A stretch of 56,188 bases of DNA, counting the filler, from Streblomastix strix (lineage: Eukaryota): assembly GCA_008636045.1 (NCBI GenBank). It is 3 parts of 3 records of this genome, joined end to end, with 100 filler letters (N's around TTAATTAATTAA, not from the genome) between each part and the next. Parts side by side here need not be neighbours in the genome. Positions count along the whole stretch, not along the records: positions 37,527 to 56,188 come from SNRW01000591.1; 2 more parts are not named here. One strand, written 5' to 3'. The notes below the pieces were generated by a model, which was not told the origin of the DNA, made no database searches, and saw nothing but the letters and a program-made list of their open reading frames with translations. Shown one piece after another: positions 40,857 to 52,117 of this stretch (within the stretch, counting starts at the first letter, position 1; every line of letters starts with the position of its first letter). Position numbers and translations under genes: made by a program.

Positions 40857-43815
40857 TCATTCTTAACTCTTCATTGACCAAAAATGATTATTATTAATCA
40901 TTGCTAAATGTAAGGCTTGTTAATCATCATAGATATCTCCATTTATAACTAATTTTAACTGATTCTAGGATCATAAATAACAATTTATCTCTGCAGCTTA
41001 GATGAAAGGGCCCATGCCTCTCTTTCACTTGCATAAGCTCCATTCTTTGAATTTTTCAAGATATACTTTGCTCTCGCTTCTGGTGTAATGAAATCTGGTA
41101 AATACGTATCAGGATAGCCTTACATTTCAAGAACCATTAATTTGCGCAATTGAGTTGGTGATTTGTCTTATTTAATATCAGCAATAGCACTGGGAATAAT
41201 ATATTATAATATATTTATTAAAAATATTTTAATTATTATTTAATATTTATAAATATAGTAATATATGCACAAACTTATATAAACAGTTACCATCACCCTT
41301 AATATCTTTGTTAAGAAACAAACCAAGACTTTCAGCAATTGCTTCGAGAACTTATTCATCCTTGTTTATTTTTTAAATATTTATTTTTTTTTAAATTTAA
41401 AAGATATAATATAATATATTATTATTATTTAATATTATTTTATACATACATCTTCTTCATTAATTCTCTTTGGACCTATATCATTCATTATTATATCTAC
41501 TCTTTCTAATTCTTCTCTATTATTAATTAAATATTCTATTTTTCTTTTACTATTATCCTTATTTTTTTACTCATCTTGTTCCTTTTATGGTATATTATCA
41601 TTTTCCTCACTTTCATATGATTTTCTTCTTCTTTTTCGATTATTTTATTTTTCTCTTCTTTTATTATAATTTTAATCATCATTACTCTATATTGATTCAC
41701 TATCACTTTCCATATGACTTTTTTCAGATCCATCAAACAATTCATTACTATTTATTGATTGTTTTGTGTCATCATCTTCACTTGTTTCACTATTTACTTT
41801 CCTTTTCTATTTCTTTTTCTTCAATTTTGCTTATTTCTTTTTCTTTAATTTTGCTTATTTCTTTTTCTTTTTAACTGATTTATTATTTTTTGACATATAA
41901 TTCTTTTTAACTTAATTAGTATTTGCTCTTTTTTACTATGATCTTTTTCTTTTCTTTTTACCAACTTCAATAATTTCTTTATCTTTAATCAATTAATTAT
42001 TATTATTAGAAGCTTATTCATTACCTAGAGAATCATCTTTTTATTTTGATTATTCATGATCTTAACTATCATCGTTTGATGAATCATTAGAAATATCACA
42101 GTTAGTATCTTCATTTTCCTCTACTAAACCAGCATTTTATTCGATTTCATTATCAAATCCATCTATGAACACAATCATATTTCCAATGTCGTCCAAGTCA
42201 CCGGTATATGAATCAATTATTCTTTTTACATGTGTGATGGCAGATTAGTTTGATAGGTTTAACTTTCTTTCTGCAAGAGGATGAACAAATGTCTCTACAG
42301 AATTTATACTTGATGATACTTCTTGTTAAGTTACAGTACGAAATGCTTCGTCTAAGAAGGGAATAACGGTAGATGATGAAGATACATCTGGAGGAAGATG
42401 GACACGTCTTTTGAAGAAACCAAACACAAGCTCTATGGGATTTAATTCGCAATTGAATAGTGGAGTATGCATGATTCTAGCTTTTGCATTTTTGCAGAGT
42501 TTTTCCACTTCTTCTGTTTTATGTATCGGTGCATTATCCATTACGAAAATCATATTTATTATATTCAGGATAACTATTTGCTTTAACAGTGATGTAAGAA
42601 AGATGCAGAATGTCTTTGAATCAACTCCACCTTCTACAAAAGTACATTAGATGACTCCAAATCGTGAACAAATAGCTGAAATACATGAAAGATGTTGGAT
42701 CTATCTACATTTTCTTTTCATAATGCATCGCTTACCTATAGGTGCCCTTCCTCTTGATCTTAGTTACGTGAGATTGAATCCTGTTTCATCGATGAAGATG
42801 AAATCCACCCCATAAACCTTTGAAAGCCGATAAGACTTAATAAACAGAACTCTTTGATCCATTATTTCGGGTGAATTTCGTGAGTATTCATGCGTTTCGA
42901 TCTTTTTCATTGAATATAGGGGAAAATTATTCTTCTTCATTCCTTCACGTAGGTGTTAATTAACAGATGATGCATGAATTTTTAGTTCAAACTTATCTAA
43001 TATTTTATCAGCCAATTACTAACCAGTAATATCAACTTCTTTAGTAATTTCTTCTGTAATGAATTTACTTATAAAAGGATTTATCTTATAATGTGCTCTT
43101 CCTCCTCTTTTTTTCTTTTATCCTTATCTATTAATTACATTTCTTATTGTTTTTGTACATACTTTAAATCCTTTAGCTAACTCTTCTATTATATGTTTAT
43201 TTTATTCATTTTCTTCCTTTTCTTCATTCTATTTAAATAAGGCACATATATTTATTTCTTATTCATTTGTTAATTCAACACTTGCCTTCCTTTCAGTTCC
43301 ATCTTTCTTTAATTTTATTATCTTCACTTTAACTTTTTTTCTTCTTCCTCTAACTTTTTGAATTGCAATCTGCATAATTGCTTATTGTTCGATCTCTGCA
43401 ATGTGTTCAAGAGGAGGAGGGTGGATAATTGGAATCTCAGCTTCTTATAGTCTTTCTTTTAGTAATTACTCTAACTACTAGTCAGAAGATTCTAAGTTTG
43501 TGCGGATAAATTCTGATTGTAGTTTCTCCGCTAAAAATCAGAAATAAAAAGAATGAAAATTAAAATTACAATATTTGTTTAAATTCAATATATATATAAT
43601 AAATATTTTGTTAAATAAATGTAATTAATATAATCTTTTTATTTTTTTTAAAATGAATGATAATATTAATATTTTAATGGAATAATTAAAAACTATTTGA
43701 AATTGTTAAATTCAAAGAAACTTAAATTAAAATAAAAAATTTGATATAAATTTATGTTTATTATCTTAATTTATAATTAAAATAAAATTCACATTATTTG
43801 ATTCATCTTACCCAT
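40857..43815 (-). CDS. DD34E transposase fused in frame to a C-terminal OTU-family cysteine protease domain
   Basis: Probable microexon ATG G|GTAAGA, then a long exon (43530 to ~41450) without TGA. It contains an HTH region, FIFIDETGFN, FVMDNAPIH-(34 aa from D to E)-LNPIE and a K/D/E/S linker. Two introns then join IKGDGNCLY|NAIAD...GAYASEREAWALS...LHLAMINNNHFWSMKSQE-TGA. Confidence 0.88.
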
Positions 43816-43844
43816 GAAGAATGAAATGATTCAAAACCTTAAAC

Positions 43845-44338
43845 AATTAATTTAAATATTTCTACTATGAATGACACTTAAAGAGAAATTTTTATTTAAA
43901 GAGCATATAAATAAATAAATGTAATTGAACATTTATATTTTTATTCGATTTATGCTAAATAATTTTTTTTTGAAAAAAATGTTGGCGTTATGGGACTCGA
44001 AAATTTAAATGTTGAATATCTTCATGAGTTATAGAAATTTTTTAAATTTTATTATGGAATCATATTTAAATATAAATTATATCTTTGTAACTTTAATTGT
44101 TTATCGTATTGATTATTCCACATTTCTAATATTCTATAAATACATTAAATGTCGATTTACCGCCTCACCCAAGAAAATTTTGAGAACATGCCTGAGTTGA
44201 AAAGTTATAGTAATATGATGTTTAATAACATTTTATAAGTGAGTTTTCTTAATTTTGAAAAAAGTGCAACTGTGAAACTTTGATTTATTCGATTGAAACT
44301 TTGATTTATTCCTACGAAAGTTTGATTTATTCCCACTG
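43845..44338 (-). repeat. Right terminal inverted repeat (~495 bp)
   Basis: Reverse complement of 37627-38120; followed by TA. Confidence 0.93.
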
Positions 44339-45990
44339 TAATGAATTATAGAATTTTTTCTTATCCATGATAATTAATTATCTTGAATGTAGAACTAAAG
44401 TATGAGGATATTTTATTTTATAATTCTCTGCTCCAATAGTAGTTTGAATTTTCTATTTTGAATCTTACGTAAGTAGTGATGTAAAAAGAAGGCTGCTCTC
44501 GAATCAAAAACTTTAAAAAATTATTCGGAGTGTAAATTATTATCTTTTAATTATATTGACGAATTATAAGAGATATTTTATAGGATTGTTATATAATTAT
44601 TTAATAAAATTATTCATATTGATAATTCTTTTTAGTTGTTTATGATTAAATTTCATACTTCATAATAATTGTTTACTGTTTTTGAATAAGTTTACTAATG
44701 TAAAGTAATTGAGATGAGCAATCAGAACAGATATTTTGATGGGTTGCTTTGCGGATTAATGAATAGGAATTATTGTATAGGTAAGCTTTGTGATTTTACG
44801 ATTCTCAGGCAGCCTTCATTTTACATCACTATTCATAGTTCAAATCTGATGATTTGAGCGATGCATTCTTACTCGTAATGATTAAAAGGACTAGGTCGAA
44901 TCAATTTTTTACTAGTGAAAATGAAACAATTGTATCGACTAGTTATAGGATGAATGAAATGGATTATTTGTTAAAATTGACGGTGATGAACAGTTACAGA
45001 ATTGATTATAAACTTCATTTTTGGATTCTACGTATGTGATATGACCTTAGAGTAGTGCATCAGAGAGATATGAAATTTTAACTTTTTAATGGGAATTCTG
45101 ATCTATGAAAAAATATTTTTATTTTTAATATATAGGCTAATAAAAAAGTGAAAAATATAAGGAAAAATAAATGTTTTCTGATTGACTTGAAAATAAGTAT
45201 GTGGGTCAATATTGATATGTTGATCACGAATTTGATGTTAGAAGTGGACATTGCAATTGTTGCTTAAGGTGAATTCTTGAGATTGATCATATCGATTAGA
45301 ATCGTGGATGAATTAAATGAATTGACTATGTCTATTGAACACTCTGATGATAATGTTTGGAATCATGGATAAATTGAATGAAATGATCAGATGTGCCAGT
45401 GCGCCGAGTTGGACCCCCTAAAATTGACCCCTTTAGCGAAAGTCAGTCGGTTGGTTGGTCGGTTGATAAATGAAATATGTCAGCCAAATGAAATTTAGGA
45501 CAGAAATTTTGTCCCATTAATGTATGAATATGCTTGCGATGTGGATAAATGAAGAGAATTATCCATTAGGACAAAAGGACGGGACGGGACAAAAATTTTT
45601 GAGTCCGAGGAAAACTGGTGACATATCGACATATTGACATATTTAAGAATTAGTTAGATAAGATTAGAATTATGGAGAAATTGAATGAATTATCAATGTG
45701 TCTATGGTTTATAAATGTAATTAATAAGGTGTGTCAGTGGAGTTGAGAAATTTATTAAATTATCCATATGTCCATGGTGTCTATGGTGGCTAGGGTTATA
45801 AATTGCCATAAAAACTATTACCATATTTACCAGATTTGCCATATCATTAGAAATGAAGTTAAATTTGAAGGATTGTGGAAGGATTATTGAAGAAAGATAT
45901 TTCCATTAGCTGACATCATTGCCATAAAAATATAATCTGATTAGAAACTTATTTTTAGCAAATCAATTTGACTTTTTATCTTTAAAGTAA

Positions 45991-48807
45991 ATGGCAACAG
46001 TAATGACATAAGATAACGGAGTAGAATATTTCGAATCAACTGAAGTTAAACTAATCGCATCAAACATTAAATATGAAACACTCGAAAAAGGTCCAACGCG
46101 TAAATATAATCGTAAATCGAAAACCAATGACAAAGCAAAAGCATTGATTGATTAAATGATTAAATAACAAACTATTAAATAACTTACAGAATAATCTATT
46201 GAATAATCTATTGAATAACCTATTGAATAACCTATTGAATAAACCATATCTGATTTAATAAATTCTGAAGGATGAATTGAAACAAGACTTGAAAATTAGC
46301 AAGCGGCATATAGAATATAGCAGTAGTCGGAAAGATCAGAATAAGAATAATTAGATAAAGCTTCAATAGACAAAGTCTTAGCTGTATTAGACCCTATCGT
46401 TGAAAAATAACTATCTGATATATAAACTAAAACTATTAGCGTAAGAGTAAAAAATGCAATGATTAATGCAGTAAATTACACTAAAGTTTGTTAATAAGTA
46501 GGTAAGAAAGCATAGGTAACTGGAAAGATAATTGATTTATCGTTAATGGATGATGATGAATTATGTGTGATTGATTTTGATATTAATAAGAAACAATCAA
46601 TTGAGGAAATTGATAGAATTCACTAGAATCTAATCAATAATGTGCTTCCACCAAATGTAGGTCTAGTTAAAACAGCACATGGAGGACTTCATATCTATTG
46701 CAATAGAAATGGTTATAAATTACCTTCAAATCGATGTGTTAAAGTTATAACTGGAGATAATTTTGATGTTGATATTTTCGCTCAAATGACTAAGTTTAAA
46801 GTAGACGATAAAGGTAAAGAAACTGATGAAATTGTATAAAATAGAATAGTTGTACCAAACACTTCAATTCAAGAAATGAAAAATAATTAACAAGTATAAC
46901 TTAAATATGAAGCAATTAATGATTGGGCTAACATGACACATTTTGCAAATCTATGAGACATATTGGATAAATGGAATGTTGATATTGAGATGTCATAAGC
47001 TGAATATGAAAAATAAAGAATTGAATGAATATATAATTAATAAATCAACGATGATGGAACTGTTGATTCAATGCCTAATGATTTTGCACATGCATGTATC
47101 GATGGATTGATGAATATAACAATTCATAACTATCCTTAAGCAATTAATATGGAAGTCTCTCTTCTAAGTATATTTTCAGGATTATATGGAATTAATAATG
47201 AATCAATTAGAGCTGAAGGAGTAAATAACATACGTAAATTTAATATGTTAACTGTAAACGCTGAAAAGAACTATGGATAAGCTGCTTCTAATGGTGAACG
47301 TAAACCTAACACATGGATTCTTGTAAAAATTCTTGGATATCATAACAAAGATTATTATGAATAAATAATCCAACCATTACATAAGAAAAATTATGAGTTA
47401 AAGAAATAGTAAAAAGTAACAAATGTATTAAAGTCAATAGAGAAGTGTGAAATTGATTTAAAAGATCCATTCACATTAAAGAATATTCTTGATAAAGCAT
47501 CTAATGGAGAATACGCTAACATAATAGAGCTAGTTGCATAAGATTTATAGAAGATATTGAAAGTTGCACCTTGTTAGAATGGATCATGCTATATAGTTAA
47601 AGAATACGATTGTATTAATGATACTAATGATATTCATTATAAAAATAAGTAAGCTATATATTATTAGTTAAGAGCACTTAGACTTTGGTAAGATGGAAAA
47701 AAGAATATAACTGTTTTTGATGCTTTCGAGTAATTTTAATCATTGTTCTATAAAATTAGAATAAAGTTCATTAGTTAAAATCCATTAATTTTCAATGTAT
47801 TTCAAGGATATAAATATAAATAAGTTGATGAGATCGACTAATCAAAAATAGAATAATTCTTAGGATTAATAAAAGACACCATCTCAGCAAATGATGATAA
47901 GGTTTATGAATATTTATTGAATTGGTTCGCTTATATTGTATAGAATACAGGTAAGAAAACTGAAACAGCAGTTATACTTCAAGGGTTATAATGAATAGGC
48001 AAGAATGTTTATACTAACGTTTTGTTCGAATTATTAGCAGGATATTCAGCTAAGAATATTACTTATATAGATGAATTTGTATGTAATTTTAATTCAGTTA
48101 TCGAAAATAAGATGCGTGCAGTACCTAATGAATTGAAAAATTGTGGCGAGTAGAGAACGTCAAATATGGATGCAATGAAGTCAATAATAACTGAAGGATC
48201 ATTCAGAATCAATGAAAAATATGTACCTAAACATGAAGCTGAAAATGTAGTTAATTTAATAATTGTAACTAACAACCTGTTTCCAATTAAAATAGAGAGT
48301 AGTGATAGACGTTATGTTGTATGTAAATGCAGTCCAGTTCATAGAGGAGATTTAGAATATTTCACTAATTTATGTGATAACTTCGATACTGATTACTATG
48401 ATAACTTGTTCACTTTTTATATGACTAGAGATATTAGCTCATTCAATCCAAGAGATATTCCAATGACAGAAACAAAGAAAGATATTATAAGAGCTTCAAG
48501 ATCACCAGTTGATGATGTAATTATTAAACATTTCAAAGCTTTATTAGAAGGTGCAACTACACCAGTAGCTGAAGCATGGAAACCAACTGAAAAGAAGCTA
48601 AAAAATTATGAGATAGCGATTAAAAACACATATAAAAAAGTTAAAAAATAAACTAATGGTGTTCGTTAATACGTGTATCAATTAAAAGAGAAAATGGTAT
48701 CAATTTATCAGAATATGCTTGATGATGAGGAAGATGAAGAGATTAAAGATTTGGAATAAGAGAAAATTAATGATAGAATTGAATATGCAGATAATAAGAA
48801 AGAATGA
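45991..48807 (+). pseudogene. Prim-Pol + SF3 (D5-like) primase-helicase
   Basis: LCVIDFDI and VKTAHGGLHIYC (Prim-Pol). KTETAVILQGLQ*IGKN (Walker A), MDAMKSIITE, NLIIVTNN and SSDRRYVV (SF3). Several in-frame TGAs. Confidence 0.85.
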
Positions 48808-49111
48808 AGAATGATTTATTTTTGCTTTATTTTTTGCTTTGATTGATACATTAGAATAAAGTGTCCATGGTTGAAAAATGCAAGTAATAAGATGTGCTAG
48901 CGCTGTGGATGAATTGATTGAATTATCGATGTGTCTATGGTGACCATGGTGGCTAGGGTTATAGATTGCCATAAAAACTATTACCATATTTACCATATTT
49001 TCCTTATCAATAGAAATGAAGTTAAATTTGAAGGATTGTAGAAGGGTTATTGAGGAAAAGTATTTCCATTAGCTGACATGATTGCTATAAAAACATTTCT
49101 ATTTACAACAA

Positions 49112-49432
49112 ATGCGATCAACTAAGATAGTTTACGATAATCCGTTTGATGGACGTTCTTAACGTGAATAATATCTAGAGTATAGTAATCAACTTATAGA
49201 CTAAATCATTAAAAAGCATGAAGATAAATTTATCAAAGGAATGACATTTCTATAAGTAATGAATTTATAGCCCAGAGATATGTAATTTAATGAGTTTCAT
49301 ACATTAATGTATAATAGATTATAGGTGATGAATTATACTAAAAATGGAAAATTAGCTGCTAAATAAAGATAATAATTGAAGATAAATCCTCCAATTAATC
49401 TTGTGGATAATTAAATAACGAATAAAGAATGA
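49112..49432 (+). CDS. Small hypothetical Polinton protein
   Basis: MRSTKIVYDNPFDGRSQREQYLEYSNQLIDQIIKKHEDKFIKGMTF..., open under TAR=Gln and preceded by repeat family B. Confidence 0.45.
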
Positions 49433-50229
49433 TTAATTTTTGAAAAGATGTCAATGGCAAATATGGTAAATATGATAAGTGTTTTTATGGCAATTTATAA
49501 CCCTAGCCACCATGGACACCATGGACACATGGAGAAATTATGTAGAATCTATAGCTCAGAAAGCTAACTGATAGATAATGTTTAAAATAACCATGGACAC
49601 CATAGATATATTGATAGTTGACATCAATTTGACACAACTATTTTACATTAGAACTAACACATGGAGCTAATAGGCAAAAATAAATCAATCTCTTTGATTG
49701 TTCTATTGATTATTTGATTGATTGCTTGGTGAACTGTTCTACTGATTGTTTGATTAGCAGTACCGATCAATTATCTAGCTAATTTAAAGTAAATCCTATA
49801 CGTCATATATGATGGTTTTCTATAAACGTCGAATCAATAGGAGTTATAAATCGTTAGCAAATGTTCGAAATTCCTATCGCTGAATTCTATATTTTTATTG
49901 TGCGCGTTGACGTTATTAGGTGGCTATCCGTTCGGCTTCTTCTAGTGAACTATATTTTTTAGGTCTACCTCTTAGTTCTATTTTCTCTTGATCTAATTAT
50001 GTCAATGAAATAGGATTAATTGATTAATCATTTATAGATGCATTCATTAAGGAAGCATCGATTTAAGGTGCATTAATTAAATGAGAATCAATCGTAGAAA
50101 CATGAAGCACTTCATCAAATGGACTGGATTATGATTCATTTAATTATGGAATTGGTTTCTTTGATTACCTTTTACGTATTTGTTTTGTGTCACTTGCTTG
50201 CATTTGATTTAAAAATAAAAATCTCAATT

Positions 50230-52092
50230 ACTTATATTAAATTAACTTTTATAGTTTGCTGGCAATGAATTGATGTCATCACTAATAAATTTACAATAAT
50301 ATATAGGTTGTTCAACCACATCAATTCTTTAGAACGGATTCAATAATTTACATACAACATTACCGTTTTTATAAGTTAGTAATGTTGTTAATTCATTGAA
50401 CTAACGCCTTTACTTCTGGAACCTTATATTAGTCCTAGCATAATCTGCATGAATCATCAATATATTTCCACTCATGAAATTGAATAAATTTTCCAGTTAT
50501 TGATTCAAAATTTTCTGTTCCGTTTATGCTTATTTTTATCTTATGAATTTACCTTCTAAATCCCTATTCAACTATATCTATTGAGGTGTGAATTTATTAT
50601 GATATGATAGATGTGGTGTTTTGTTATATATATTAACCATCAATTACATCTTACTAGGAGTAGCAAATCCTAATAAATCTTAACCAAACCCATTTCTTAT
50701 CGTACGGATAACACTATCAACTATTATATTCTGTTACGTGAAACTTGAAGATGCGAAGAATAATGAGATATTGGTATCATTACAAAATTCTTTAAAAATA
50801 TTAGCTTTAAAACAAGTCTCACCATCCCCTCTTATATTGTTAACATATATCTATTTTATGAGCTTCTATAATGCAAGTTTAATCTATGCAGCACTCCTAT
50901 TAATCATTGATATCACAACTAGATATTTTGTATTAATATTGATCGCAAATAAGTATTACTAATTTCTTCGTGTTATTGGATTTGTACCGAATACAAGATC
51001 AATTTCCCAAGATCCAAATTTTGGTTAGAAGTATGGACGTTAGAGCCTATTTAATGGTTTCATTTTAATATCTTTGATTTATGTTTATTTCGTTATTCTT
51101 TCATTATTAATTTTTTCATATTATTTAACTTTTGATTTGAATGGAAATATCGTTATTTATTATTGATTCGTTTATGGTTATAAATTTACATAAGGTAATC
51201 TTCTTATTGTTTTTGCAAGCTTTAATGGAGCATTATATTATTATGCTTCAGTTATATATATTTAATTCCATTCACTTATACTTTTTCCACTTAATTATAT
51301 ATCATCAGCTTTATTAATTAATATATCTTATTCTGGTCTACTCGGAGTAATTTTCATATTTGAAATAAACTATGGAAATTTCATTATTCCTCCATTACTT
51401 GATCTTGCCAAATGTGTGAGTTAATTCTACATATTAATTGCTGCTTCACTAATCTACTGGTCGGTTTGATCATAATTTTATAGCAATAATTCATATACTC
51501 TATCTTACTGAGCTTATGTAAGGTGATCTCTATTCATTTTATCTTCAAAAATAATCTTATACTTCACCTGCAAAGTTTCGATTCGCAGGCATATTTAATT
51601 CCTGCTTCATAGATAATTTTCCAGATACTTTTCCAATTAATTCCCAATGAATCTAATGTTTCGAAAGAAAGTGTAATATTTGCTGCTAAATTTTCAGTTA
51701 ATGGTATGAATAATGTTTCGAATGGCATTTCATTAGCCAAAAACAAATCAATCACTCATCAATCTTCTCGACTATCTATTCTAATTCGTCTTTATAATTA
51801 TTTCTTGCTTCATCGTAATCAATTAATATATTATGTAATCTATTCTATTAACTGTTTTCAACATTCAAAATCAGTATCTCCTTCTTTAATTTTTATTTTA
51901 ATAATTATTGCATTGATTTATCTTGTTTTTATATACCCTTTTTTGCATCTAATTGATCTGCACATTAATTTAACTGATCAATAATTTGTTATAATTACAT
52001 AGATAATTTGAATAATTCCTTAGTCTATTTCATTTATGAAGTGTATTAATTAAGTTTATCAGCTACTTCTTTGTATTTCTCTTGTTTGTCCA
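50230..52092 (-). pseudogene. Retroviral-type (rve) integrase, element 2
   Basis: RPYFQPKFGSWEIDLVFG...YLFAININTKYLVV...NNIRGDGETCF...IVDSVIRTIRNGF...IYNKTPH; paralogous to 36071-37426. Frameshifted; 3' end approximate. Confidence 0.85.
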
Positions 52093-52117
52093 TTTTGATC
52101 AAACAAAAATAAATTAA

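Larger units (their letters stand above)
37627..44338. mobile_element. Complete Tc1/mariner (IS630-Tc1-mariner, DD34E) DNA transposon, 6.7 kb, with long TIRs and two convergent genes
   Basis: TA|CAGTGGGAATAAATCAAAC ... GTTTGATTTATTCCCACTG|TA gives a TA target duplication and CAGT termini. TIRs ~495 bp; internal DD34E transposase. Confidence 0.92.

Noticed and set aside
41536..41874. Hydrophobic or alternative-frame ORFs in the track
   Set aside because: They are shadow frames of the charged transposase-OTU linker.
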